A stretch of DNA of 64,000 nt from an uncultured archaeon (GCA_964476045.1 CAYYYJ010000001.1:50733-114732), one strand, 5' to 3'. Counted from the first letter of the stretch, positions 27,348 to 36,508 are shown. Program-made: numbers and translations. The notes: generated by a model not told the origin, from the sequence alone.

Positions 27348-27887
27348 ATGTACAAACTAAAGTTTACACGATTGCAGAATGAAATATTCAGGCTATTGTG
27401 CATAAGGTCAGGAGAAAAGAGCAGCCAGAGGCAGATAGCGAACTGCCTGAAAGTATCCCCAACCGCAGTTGGAAAGGCCATAATCCTCATGAAAAAAGAG
27501 GGGGTGATAAAGGTCCATAAAGACAAAATAATGAATTTGAACCTGATAGAACTGAACAGAGATAATACAAAAACCCTCGAAATGAAGAGGGTAGAGAATC
27601 TAAAGCTGATTTTGGAATCCGGATTGTCAGATTTACTAGAAGAAAAATTTCCGGGTTGCACAATAATACTCTTTGGAAGCTATTCGAGAGGCGAGGATAC
27701 AACAAAATCAGATATCGATATAGCTGTTATCGGATCTGAACCAAAAGAGATAGACTTATCTCATATGGAAAAAGGCCTTGGGAGAGAAATAAGAATCCAA
27801 TTCTATGCTTCTTTCAAAGATATTAATAAAGAACTAAAGGAGAATATACTAAATGGCATGGTTATTGCAGGAAGCGTTGAATTATGA
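27348..27887 (+). CDS. winged-HTH plus minimal nucleotidyltransferase (MNT antitoxin-like)
   Basis: N-terminal wHTH (QRQIANCLKVSPTAVGKAI) and ILFGSYSRGEDTTKSDIDIAV signature. Confidence 0.65.
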   Translation: MYKLKFTRLQNEIFRLLCIRSGEKSSQRQIANCLKVSPTAVGKAIILMKKEGVIKVHKDKIMNLNLIELNRDNTKTLEMKRVENLKLILESGLSDLLEEKFPGCTIILFGSYSRGEDTTKSDIDIAVIGSEPKEIDLSHMEKGLGREIRIQFYASFKDINKELKENILNGMVIAGSVEL

Positions 27888-28333
27888 AACCTCTAAGGTT
27901 TTTTAGCGAGTATATTGCTGATGGCATAGTTAAGAAGCAATCTCCAGATATTCCAAGATCAGAATCATTAGTGAAGGAAGCTGAAATCTCATATTCTGTT
28001 TTGATGGAACATGTGGAAAAACTTGGGATATCAGACAGAAATGCAAACCATATAGTTAAAAATTCGTATGACATAATAATGGAATCGGTAAGATCGAAGA
28101 TGTTACTGAATGGGTTTGGTTCTGCAGGAACAGGAGCCCATGAAGCAGAGGTTGCCTATCTGCGAGAACTGGGATTCAATCAAGCAGACATCGAATTTAC
28201 AAATCAACTTAGATATTTTAGAAACGGTATAACATACTATGGCAAATCTTTCGATGCAGAGTATGCGAAGAAAGTGGTGGAGTTTTTAAAAAGGATGTAT
28301 ACGCTTTTGAGGGAGCAAAAAATGGTGTTTTAG
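27884..28333 (+). CDS. putative HEPN-domain protein (partner of the upstream MNT)
   Basis: Start overlaps the MNT stop (ATGA); helical 149 aa with an R...YYG stretch in the usual HEPN motif position. Confidence 0.5.
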   Translation: MKPLRFFSEYIADGIVKKQSPDIPRSESLVKEAEISYSVLMEHVEKLGISDRNANHIVKNSYDIIMESVRSKMLLNGFGSAGTGAHEAEVAYLRELGFNQADIEFTNQLRYFRNGITYYGKSFDAEYAKKVVEFLKRMYTLLREQKMVF

Positions 28334-28334
28334 T

Positions 28335-28742
28335 ATGCCGAAGTCTGGAACAATAAAATCTGATCTGAAGGCGCAAATACCTGAAGAGACCAGAAGAGCA
28401 GCAAAAGAGATATCAGGATTGCCTGGTGTTTTGGCTGTCTATCTTTTTGGCAGCTATGCAAAGGGTACACAGAGGCCTTACTCTGATGTGGATTTGTGTA
28501 TTATGGCTGAAAATCTCGATGCTAAAACAGTTGGCGATATACTCATGCACTCTAGCAAAAGAATAGAAACGCACATTCTGGATGCACTACCGCTGAACAT
28601 CCAGTTCAGGGTCTTTAGCGAAGGCAAACCGCTTTTTGTAAACTCAGGAGAAAAAATATTGGAAAAAAGGCTTGCTGTCATGAGATTGTATCAGGATTTC
28701 AGGCCAAGGCTGGAAAGGTATTGGAGGAATATATTGTCATGA
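28335..28742 (+). CDS. minimal nucleotidyltransferase (MntA-like antitoxin)
   Basis: LFGSYAKGTQRPYSDVDLCI signature. Confidence 0.7.
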   Translation: MPKSGTIKSDLKAQIPEETRRAAKEISGLPGVLAVYLFGSYAKGTQRPYSDVDLCIMAENLDAKTVGDILMHSSKRIETHILDALPLNIQFRVFSEGKPLFVNSGEKILEKRLAVMRLYQDFRPRLERYWRNILS

Positions 28743-29146
28743 CAGATACAGAACGTGTTGCAGGGCTAATGGTGGATATAAAAAAATATACAACTGAGCT
28801 TGAAAGCTATAAAATAAAGTCTGTGGAAGACCTGAAGGACAGCAAGACGTTTTTTGCAAGCTCTATGGTCGCTTTCCGGCTGATAAACAGGGTCTTTGAT
28901 TTGTGCGATGATATCATAAACTCCAGAAATATGGGTGTGCCTGCCATATACAAGGACATTTTCTGGCTTCTGGAAAAAGGGAAAGTAATAGACAAATCAG
29001 CCAGAGAGAAGGTGTGGCCTGTGATGAAGTATAGAAACCTGCTGGCCCACGAATATGGAGAAATTTCAGGCGAAGACATTTTGTTTATAATAAATAATCT
29101 CGAACAAATAAAATGGTTTGTAAAAAAGTTGTCTGGAGGCTCTTAA
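28721..29146 (+). CDS. HEPN/DUF86 toxin-like protein (HepT-like)
   Basis: C-terminal YRNLLAHEY = Rx4HxY HEPN catalytic motif; overlaps the MntA-like gene. Confidence 0.7.
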   Translation: MEEYIVMTDTERVAGLMVDIKKYTTELESYKIKSVEDLKDSKTFFASSMVAFRLINRVFDLCDDIINSRNMGVPAIYKDIFWLLEKGKVIDKSAREKVWPVMKYRNLLAHEYGEISGEDILFIINNLEQIKWFVKKLSGGS

Positions 29147-29147
29147 T

Positions 29148-30854
29148 ATGCCAAAATTTGAAATAAGCAAATCTGATCTGGAGAAGCTGGTTGGAAAAAA
29201 GTTCACAGCAAAAGAATTAGAGGATGCGCTCTTGTTCGCAAAGACAGAATTGGATGGGCAAAACGGCGACACGCTCAAAGTTGATGTGAAGGATACTAAC
29301 AGGCCTGACCTATGGAGCGTAGAAGGTATTGCGCGAGAGCTCAAAGGCCACTTTAGGATAGAAGAAGGCCTCCCGAAATATAATGTGAAAAAATCTGGCC
29401 TGCAGATTTTTGTTGAAGCAGAGGAATATCACGTACATGCAGTCGGAGTTGTTGTAAAAAATTTAAAAATCGATGATAACGTGCTTTCCCAAATGATACA
29501 ACTACAGGAAAAGGTTGCAGGGACTTTTGGAAGGAACAGGAAAGCACTTTCTATTGGAGCATATGATTTGGGGAAAGTAAAGTTCCCTGTCAAATACGTT
29601 GCAAAAAAACCGCAGGATATAAGGTTCGCTCCTCTCGGTTTTAATAAGGAGATGACTGCGAAAGAGATTTTAGCAAACCACGAAAAAGGTAAACAGTACG
29701 GAGAAATCATAAAAAACGCCAAAACATATAATGTCTGGGAAGACGCTAACAAAAAAATACTTGCTTTCGAGCCAATAATTAATTCCAATGGGGCAGGGAA
29801 TGTGACTACACAAGCTAAAGACATATTTTTAGAGTGCACAGGAGATGACCTGAAACAAATTCAGATAGCAATAAATGTTGTCGCAACAGCACTAGCTGAG
29901 CGAGGCGGGCAAATAGAGTCAATCGAAGTTGTCCACAAAAATAGAAAAACAGCCAGTCCAGATTTGACTCCAAAAAAATCTCACTTGGACCCAGAATATT
30001 GCAGAAAGATTTTAGGTTTGGAGATTTCAGATACTGAAATGGTAAAATTATTGAAAGAGGCTAGGCATGATGCAAAACTAGACAAGAAAAAAATCGGCCA
30101 AGGGACGAAACCGGTCAGCGGACCGATTTCAACCATTTCTGTTGAATATCCTGCTTACAGGAATGACATAATGCACCAGCGCGACCTTGTAGAAGACGTT
30201 GCAATCAGTTTTGGTTATAATGATATAGAGCCAGAGACACCGAAAATTGCTACGATAGGGGCTTCTCACAAACTCGAAGACTTCTCAAATATTATAAGAG
30301 AAATATGCGTTGGTTTGGGTTTGCAGGAAGTCCTGACTTTTACTTTGACAAACAAAGACAATATGTTCAAAAAAATGAATCTGTCGGAAAAGGATCTTGT
30401 TGAAATAGAAAATCCAATGAGCTCGAATTGGTCTGCTTTTAGGGATAAAATAATGCCTAACTCGCTTGACTTCCTAGCTTCTAACAAAAACCAGGATTAT
30501 CCACAGGGAATTTTTGAAGTAGGCGACGTCACGCTTTTAGATCCTTCAAATAAAGATACTGGGGTGACTAATCGCAGGAAGTTTTCTGTAGTTCTCACGA
30601 ATACGCAAATAGGTTATGAAGATGCGTCTTCGCTGCTTTCAGCACTAGTGTCCAGTTTAGGCAAAAAACTGGTTTTAAAGAGAAAAGAGATCTCCTCATT
30701 CATCGCTGGAAGGGCGGCAGAGATTTTTCTGGACAACAAATCAATCGGGATAATAGGCGAGATCCATCCTCAGGTCCTAAATAATTGGAATTTGGAGAAG
30801 CCTGTTGTGGGCTTTGAGATAGATATCGAGTCTCTGCTTGAATTGATACAATAG
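29148..30854 (+). CDS. pheT: phenylalanyl-tRNA synthetase beta subunit (archaeal type)
   Basis: N-terminal B3/B4-like domain (LKVDVKDTNRPDLWSVEGIARE) and catalytic-like C-terminal domain, 568 aa. Confidence 0.9.
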   Translation: MPKFEISKSDLEKLVGKKFTAKELEDALLFAKTELDGQNGDTLKVDVKDTNRPDLWSVEGIARELKGHFRIEEGLPKYNVKKSGLQIFVEAEEYHVHAVGVVVKNLKIDDNVLSQMIQLQEKVAGTFGRNRKALSIGAYDLGKVKFPVKYVAKKPQDIRFAPLGFNKEMTAKEILANHEKGKQYGEIIKNAKTYNVWEDANKKILAFEPIINSNGAGNVTTQAKDIFLECTGDDLKQIQIAINVVATALAERGGQIESIEVVHKNRKTASPDLTPKKSHLDPEYCRKILGLEISDTEMVKLLKEARHDAKLDKKKIGQGTKPVSGPISTISVEYPAYRNDIMHQRDLVEDVAISFGYNDIEPETPKIATIGASHKLEDFSNIIREICVGLGLQEVLTFTLTNKDNMFKKMNLSEKDLVEIENPMSSNWSAFRDKIMPNSLDFLASNKNQDYPQGIFEVGDVTLLDPSNKDTGVTNRRKFSVVLTNTQIGYEDASSLLSALVSSLGKKLVLKRKEISSFIAGRAAEIFLDNKSIGIIGEIHPQVLNNWNLEKPVVGFEIDIESLLELIQ

Positions 30855-30855
30855 A

Positions 30856-32091
30856 TTACACGTTCACAGGTATTGCAATTTTTAATTTCTCGACCATATC
30901 TAATTTCTCCCAGCTAAAACTATCTCTTCCGAAATGGCCGTATTTCGCAGTTTCTGCATACACTGGTTTTCCAGGACCTATCAACTTTAGCTTTTCTATT
31001 ATCCTGCCTGGTCTCCATGGGAAAACTTCTTTGACTTTCTCTGCTATCTCATGATCGGGGATCTGTCCTGTTCCAAAAGTATCAACTCTTATAGACAACG
31101 GATCTGGCTTCCCTATAACATAAGAAACCTGTATTTCGCACCTATCGGACAGACCGGAAGCTACAATATTTTTTGCAGCCCATCTGCATGCATAGGTTGC
31201 TGACCTGTCGACTTTTGACGGATCTTTTCCTGAAAAGGCGCCACCGCCATGCCTTCCCATTCCGCCGTATGTGTCCACGATTATTTTTCTTCCAGTTACG
31301 CCACTATCGCCTACTGGACCCCCTATAACAAATCTCCCTGTCCCGTTTATATGAAATTTTGTATCTTTATCCAACATCTCGTGCGGTATAACTTTCCTTA
31401 TAATTTCATCCTCTATCCCTTGTCTAATCTCTGAGTCTGTTGCGGACTCTAGGTGCTGCGCAGCTAAGACGACATGAATCACTTTTATAGGCTTGTTGTT
31501 TTCGTAGAGAACTGTAACTTGGGATTTTGCGTCAGGCCTAAGCCATGGAAGTATGCCATTTTTCCTGCACTGATCCAATTGCATAATAAGTTTGTGGGAT
31601 AAGTCAATCGGCAACGGCATCAAAGACGTTGTCTCATTTGTTGCATATCCGAACATCAGGCCTTGGTCTCCGGCGCCTTGCAAATCAAGGTCGGCTTTAT
31701 TTACGCCTTGCGCAATATCAACTGATTGTTTTCCCAATAGAGACAATACAAAGCAATTGGGGTCAAAACCGTCTCCATCCACATAGCCGATATCTTTTAT
31801 TGTTCTTCTGACTAAGTCTTCTGGATCAAATTCCGCATTAGTGGTGATCTCTCCCAATAAAACAATGGCCCCGTGCTTTTCAATGTGTTTCGCGTTCTCA
31901 ACTCCGAATAGTTTTACCAATGGCGCATATTTTTTATTATCAAAAATGCCTGCTTTAACGCCTGTCTCAACTGCAACTCTTGAATTCACATCGCCTAACA
32001 GGGCTGCATCCACTATTGAATCTGAGACCTGATCACAGACTTTATCTGGGTGTCCAGGAGAAACAGCCTCGGAAGTAAAATATGATTTCAT
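30856..32091 (-). CDS. metK: S-adenosylmethionine synthetase, bacterial/eukaryotic MetK type
   Basis: FTSEAVSPGHPDKVCDQVSDSIVDA and GGGAFSGKDPSKVDRSATYACRWAAKNIVASGL match MetK motifs, not the archaeal MAT family. Confidence 0.85.
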   Translation of the reverse strand: MKSYFTSEAVSPGHPDKVCDQVSDSIVDAALLGDVNSRVAVETGVKAGIFDNKKYAPLVKLFGVENAKHIEKHGAIVLLGEITTNAEFDPEDLVRRTIKDIGYVDGDGFDPNCFVLSLLGKQSVDIAQGVNKADLDLQGAGDQGLMFGYATNETTSLMPLPIDLSHKLIMQLDQCRKNGILPWLRPDAKSQVTVLYENNKPIKVIHVVLAAQHLESATDSEIRQGIEDEIIRKVIPHEMLDKDTKFHINGTGRFVIGGPVGDSGVTGRKIIVDTYGGMGRHGGGAFSGKDPSKVDRSATYACRWAAKNIVASGLSDRCEIQVSYVIGKPDPLSIRVDTFGTGQIPDHEIAEKVKEVFPWRPGRIIEKLKLIGPGKPVYAETAKYGHFGRDSFSWEKLDMVEKLKIAIPVNV

Positions 32092-32185
32092 AGAAAACCA
32101 CCTTCAAAATTAATTGACATTAGATAACTTGTTTGTTGGGTAGTTTTTATTCTTTTCCCCACATTGAGATTAAACAAGTAACAAT

Positions 32186-32944
32186 CTATCTTTTGAGCCA
32201 ACTCAACATATAGACAAATCTCGCCTGGTTTCTTGGCTTTGTTCCTGTTAAAGCAGCTGCAACATTCCTGAATCCAATAGAAGCTTTTGAGCCTGGCTTA
32301 TAGGAGACTAACGGTTTTTTGGCTATCATAGCTTTTCTGAACTCTTTGTCTTCTGGTATAGTGCCTAAGATCTCCATTCCCAAAAACTCTCTAACCTCTT
32401 GAGGATGGATTTCATGCCTATCATTTCTCACCCTATTCAAGACTACACCCAAATTGGTTGTTTCTAGCTTTTCTGTAATTTTCGCGAGTTTCAGAGCATC
32501 TACCATTGCTGGCATCTCTGGGTTTGTAATTGTAATAAGCTCGTCAGCAGCTTCTATTGCTGTGACAGCTTCTTTGCCTAGCCCAGCTGCAGAATCAACT
32601 AGGACAAAATCAAACCCATCTGCTAATTTGTAGAGCACATTGACCAGCTCGCTGGCAGTTGTTTTCGAGAGCCTTGTTATAGACATGTCTGCTGGAAGGA
32701 TTTTTATCCCAGATCTGTCAGCGTAAAGAGCTTCTTTTAGCTTTGCTTCGCCTGATAACACATCCTGAAGAGTTACAGGGTAAAGAGGTATTCCCAGATG
32801 GACCCCGAGATTGGGTGTTGTCAGATTGGCATCAACAGCCACAACTTCCTTTCCTTGCTTTGCAAGGGCAGTTGCGAGGTTGCATACAAAAGTTGTTTTC
32901 CCTGCACCGCCTTTACCAGAAGCAACAGCAATAATTCTTCCCAT
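32186..32944 (-). CDS. minD: MinD/ParA-family P-loop ATPase
   Basis: Deviant Walker A VASGKGGAGKTT; 252 aa. Confidence 0.8.
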   Translation of the reverse strand: MGRIIAVASGKGGAGKTTFVCNLATALAKQGKEVVAVDANLTTPNLGVHLGIPLYPVTLQDVLSGEAKLKEALYADRSGIKILPADMSITRLSKTTASELVNVLYKLADGFDFVLVDSAAGLGKEAVTAIEAADELITITNPEMPAMVDALKLAKITEKLETTNLGVVLNRVRNDRHEIHPQEVREFLGMEILGTIPEDKEFRKAMIAKKPLVSYKPGSKASIGFRNVAAALTGTKPRNQARFVYMLSWLKR

Positions 32945-33136
32945 AAGCCTTTCTTTCTGAAAACTCTGCCCAAAGAAATCCTCAAAGGGACGAAACCGAT
33001 CTTATCCAATTGTTTAGGATCGGTTTCCAACCTTCCCTGGAAAGAAAACATGCAGTGGGTTCCAGATTCACATAATCTAACTATTTCTCCAAGCGGGTTT
33101 ATTAATGTTTGTAAATTTCTATAAAAAAATAAATAA

Positions 33137-33404
33137 CGGACCCGAAGGGATTTCCAGCTAGCCTTCTTTTTTCTAGTGCAGGTCTTTGCATCAGCAAAGA
33201 AGTGCCTTTTCTAAAGAAAAGGCTAGAATTTGAACCCTCGACCTTCAATCCAAAGTTTTCTTCCTTAGGACGGTGCTGCTCTGTCCAAAATGCTCAATTC
33301 TTTCTGGTGCAGCTCTTTCTTTTAAGGGACGAAGCTGATCTTTCAGTGATTGGTCAGGATCAACTTCCTTTCTTCCTCAGAAAGAGGTGCTGAGCTACGG
33401 GCCC
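33137..33404 (-). tRNA. tRNA-Ala-like gene with multiple introns; anticodon arm not resolved by eye (possibly a third intron or a pseudogene)
   Basis: Minus strand: acceptor GGGCCCG-TA-GCTC-AGC at the 5' end pairs with CGGGTCC plus G at the 3' end, including a G3:U70 pair (Ala identity). T-arm GAGGG-TTCAAAT | intron | CCCTT. D-loop and T-loop insertions share modules with the tRNA-Asn introns. Confidence 0.45.
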
Positions 33405-33414
33405 GTAGTGGATG

Positions 33415-33438
33415 GACACTTATCTTCAGATAAGTGTC
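33415..33438 (-). repeat. perfect 9-bp stem hairpin immediately 5' of the tRNA-Ala-like gene
   Basis: GACACTTAT cttcag ATAAGTGTC, 10 nt upstream of the tRNA 5' end on the minus strand. Confidence 0.45.
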
Positions 33439-33476
33439 GACCATACTATTTTTAACTCCTCTTTTTAAATGCTAGT

Positions 33477-34331
33477 ATGCTCAAACTTGCCAGCTTAGGC
33501 GTTCTATTTTTAATCCTCGCAGTTGGGATAAGCATAGGCTACATAACCTCAATTTCTTTGATGAGCGGAAATTCAATATTGGTTCAAAAAGATAGGATAG
33601 ATCCTCAAGAGACTGTTTTATACGAGCGTGTGAAAGAAGCCGAGGTACCAGAATCCAATACCACACCTTCTAAAGAATATGATTGTAAAAATATTTCTTG
33701 TGAAAATTCCAGCACTATTTGCCAAGACGGGGTAAAAAAAGAATGTAAAAACATATGTTCAAAGGGGAAATGCTCGGAGTGTAAACCTGACTGCACAGAA
33801 GAGGGAATTTCTCCTTCACAATCAACGAAAAATATAACTCTTGGAACACCAGGTTCTGATAAAGCCAACTGCGTTTCTAGCTGGTCTTGTACAGATTGGT
33901 CTCTTTGTTCTGGCAATACACAAAATAGAATCTGCACCGATTCAAATAACTGCGGAACTTCACAAAACAGACCATCTGAAATACAAGCATGTTCTGCTGC
34001 TTCAGGGGACAAAACTTTATCGCTATCTATTTCCACCAACAACCAAACCTTAGTCAGGGGCAACGAAGTTATTATAACCTCTAAAGTATCTGATGGGGGA
34101 AAACAGATTGAGAATTCCGGAGTAGAAATCACGCTAACCTATGCAAGCGGTACAGAGCACATAGCATCGGGATTTACAGATTCTTCTGGAACATTCATAT
34201 GGACAAAATTAATTGGAGGGAACTCGAAAGCCGGAACATTCAAAATCCAGGCGAAAGCCAATAAGACAGGTTACTTGGGTGCGTCGAGCACCATATCATT
34301 CGAGGTTATAGCTAAACCAACTAGCAGTTAA
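33477..34331 (+). CDS. secreted/membrane-anchored Cys-rich protein with C-terminal Ig-like (Big/PKD-like) domain
   Basis: N-terminal hydrophobic anchor; about 20 Cys in CxxC-rich repeats (CKNISCENSSTICQDGVKKECKNICSKGKCSECKPDC); C-terminal beta-rich segment reminiscent of bacterial Ig-like domains. Confidence 0.5.
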   Translation: MLKLASLGVLFLILAVGISIGYITSISLMSGNSILVQKDRIDPQETVLYERVKEAEVPESNTTPSKEYDCKNISCENSSTICQDGVKKECKNICSKGKCSECKPDCTEEGISPSQSTKNITLGTPGSDKANCVSSWSCTDWSLCSGNTQNRICTDSNNCGTSQNRPSEIQACSAASGDKTLSLSISTNNQTLVRGNEVIITSKVSDGGKQIENSGVEITLTYASGTEHIASGFTDSSGTFIWTKLIGGNSKAGTFKIQAKANKTGYLGASSTISFEVIAKPTSS

Positions 34332-34405
34332 TTTCTTAGCTATTCGAATAGTTGTAATATTTAAACTATAAAATCAAGTACCCAAAAAAAGAAAACATTT
34401 ACTCT

Positions 34406-34732
34406 ATGAAGATAAATCCAAAGATGCTGGAAAAGGCAATGAAGCAGATGGGGATCAAGTCAGAGGAAATTCTAGCTGAAGAAGTCATAATAAAAACTGG
34501 CGACAAGGAGCTGGTCATACTAAACCCCCAAGTAACCAAAGTAAATATGGGCGGCCAGGAATCCCTGCAAATAACAGGCGAAATAACAGAGCGCTCAAAA
34601 TCCAAATTCTCGGACGAGGATTTGAAAATAATAATGGAACAAACAGGCGTAACAAAAGAACAGGCTGCGAAAGCGCTGGAAGAGGCAGGTGACATCGCGG
34701 AGGCTATTTTGAAACTGAAAGGCGTCACTTAG
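34406..34732 (+). CDS. nac: nascent polypeptide-associated complex alpha subunit
   Basis: NAC domain (VIIKTGDKELVILNPQVTKVNMGGQESLQITGE) and C-terminal UBA (TKEQAAKALEEAGDIAEAIL). Confidence 0.85.
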   Translation: MKINPKMLEKAMKQMGIKSEEILAEEVIIKTGDKELVILNPQVTKVNMGGQESLQITGEITERSKSKFSDEDLKIIMEQTGVTKEQAAKALEEAGDIAEAILKLKGVT

Positions 34733-34745
34733 CCTTAATCCGAAT

Positions 34746-34949
34746 TTGTTGATTAGATCAGTATGCCGAAAATACGAATTGCCGGAGGGATACCCGAAAT
34801 GCCCTTATTGTCAGGATGAACTCGAGGTGATAGAAATTTTATCTGCATTCTTGGAAAATCACGTAATATACCTCTGCCCTAATTGCAAGAAATTGCTTGG
34901 CATAGAGCAGGCCAAAAAGCAAGAACCGGTTGAAAAGACACTATCCTGA
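34746..34949 (+). CDS. small zinc-ribbon protein
   Basis: CPYC ... CPNC pair in a 67-aa ORF. Confidence 0.35.
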   Translation: MLIRSVCRKYELPEGYPKCPYCQDELEVIEILSAFLENHVIYLCPNCKKLLGIEQAKKQEPVEKTLS

Positions 34950-35000
34950 TAAACCAGGATCTAGGTAAATATTTATATTGAAACGAATCAATAAGCAGGA

Positions 35001-36023
35001 ATGGCATATATCTATATTTTAGTATTCCTGGCTGCCTTTGTGACAGCCTTGGTTTTCTATAAATCAATTTCAAAATTCTTGTTCAGAGTGGGGATAAGAG
35101 CTATTGACCAGCAGAAATCGGATAAGCCGCTGATACCCACATCTGCAGGGATAATTGTTTTAATTGGCACTTTGGCTGGAATTTTTTTGTTTATAGGGGT
35201 GGACACGTTCATACTGCAAACAAGCGTTAATCTTTCCTATATTCTTGCTGCAGCCTTCTCTATTTTTATAATAACTTTCATCGGCTTCTTCGACGACATG
35301 AATGTTTCGCCTATTCTGAAAAAGGATAAGGGTTTGGCTGATTACAGGATAGGGCTAAAACAGTGGCAGAAACCGCTCTTAGTCCTGCCTGCTGCAATAC
35401 CTTTGATGGCTGTAAGGGCAGGGGTTACGGAGATGGCGTTGCCTATAATAGGCGCCGTGAATTTCGGCATACTTTATCCTCTTGTTCTCATACCACTCGC
35501 AGTTGTGTTTGTTACCAATGCAACAAACATGTTAGCTGGAATGAATGGGTTGGAAGCCGGCCTGGGCTTTGTAGCAACCTTGTCGATAGGGCTTTACGCA
35601 TTTTTTGTCGGAAGGCCTGAAGCTGCAATAATAGCCTTGTCAGCAGCTGGTGCCCTTGGCGCGATATTGCTTTTCAACTGGTATCCTGCAAAGATTTTGC
35701 CGGGAGACACATTAACATATTTAATAGGGGCTTCGATAATAACCTCTGTGGTTATAGGGAACATAGAAAAATTCGGGATAATAATCTTCTCTCCGTGGAT
35801 AATCGAATTCTTCTTGAAACTGAGATCTAAATTAAATGCCAGAAGTCTAGGGGAACTTCAGAAAGACGGGACCCTGAGATCATCTTATAAAAAGGTCTAC
35901 TCTCTAACTCATGTGTTCATGAGAACAGGAAAAGCAAAGGAACGGAAAATAGCAGTTTCATTGATTTTGTTGGAGATATTAATCTGTTTGGTTGGGTTCT
36001 TCGTTGTGATAAATTATCCTTGA
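35001..36023 (+). CDS. aglH: UDP-GlcNAc:dolichyl-phosphate GlcNAc-1-phosphotransferase (MraY/WecA family; AglH-like)
   Basis: Polytopic membrane protein with GFFDDMN (Asp-rich) and NATNMLAGMNGLEAGLG motifs of the polyprenyl-phosphate sugar-1-P transferase family. Confidence 0.7.
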   Translation: MAYIYILVFLAAFVTALVFYKSISKFLFRVGIRAIDQQKSDKPLIPTSAGIIVLIGTLAGIFLFIGVDTFILQTSVNLSYILAAAFSIFIITFIGFFDDMNVSPILKKDKGLADYRIGLKQWQKPLLVLPAAIPLMAVRAGVTEMALPIIGAVNFGILYPLVLIPLAVVFVTNATNMLAGMNGLEAGLGFVATLSIGLYAFFVGRPEAAIIALSAAGALGAILLFNWYPAKILPGDTLTYLIGASIITSVVIGNIEKFGIIIFSPWIIEFFLKLRSKLNARSLGELQKDGTLRSSYKKVYSLTHVFMRTGKAKERKIAVSLILLEILICLVGFFVVINYP

Positions 36024-36508
36024 TTAGGATTTCTCCTCTCAAGTTCAGTTATTATGGATTTCAAATCACCTGATATCAGAATTAAATTATCGCTTGGAAT
36101 AAGCCCTAAAGATTTGTACCAGGCCAAAGGAAACTTGTGGTTGTTATATGTCACACAATCATAACGAGTAACATTGTATTTATCCAATGCCTTTTTGAAT
36201 AAAGTTTTTGATAATTCAGTTCCAATACCTTTTTTTTGAAAACTAGGGTCCACAAATATTTCACCATCAACTAAATGATTTCCATCCCACCAAGGTTTTA
36301 TGCCAGCAACAAACCCACCAGCAATTTTGCCATTATACTCAGCAACAAAAAACAAGTCCGACTGTTTAGTCAGCCAATAGGCTAGTAATTTTTTTGCAGC
36401 TTCCTTGGTCCAAATCTCATCAATATCGACTTTTGTGTATGCTTTCACATAAATTTCTGAAAGTGTGTCGAGATCAGATTTTTTTGCCTTCCTAATATTT
36501 ATGAGCAT
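36014..36508 (-). CDS. GNAT family N-acetyltransferase
   Basis: Motif A FQKKGIGTEL. Confidence 0.75.
   Translation of the reverse strand: MLINIRKAKKSDLDTLSEIYVKAYTKVDIDEIWTKEAAKKLLAYWLTKQSDLFFVAEYNGKIAGGFVAGIKPWWDGNHLVDGEIFVDPSFQKKGIGTELSKTLFKKALDKYNVTRYDCVTYNNHKFPLAWYKSLGLIPSDNLILISGDLKSIITELERRNPNQG

Noticed and set aside
32945-33136. Possible additional tRNA or ncRNA between minD and the tRNA-Ala-like gene (GGGTTCCAGATTCAC looked T-loop-like)
   Set aside because: No acceptor stem or D-arm could be paired, and the putative T-loop has a pyrimidine at position 57. Only the 10-bp hairpin is reported.
33605-34132. 175-aa minus-strand ORF
   Set aside because: It is antisense to the Cys-rich secreted-protein gene and itself Cys-rich only as a mirror effect. 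There is no independent support.
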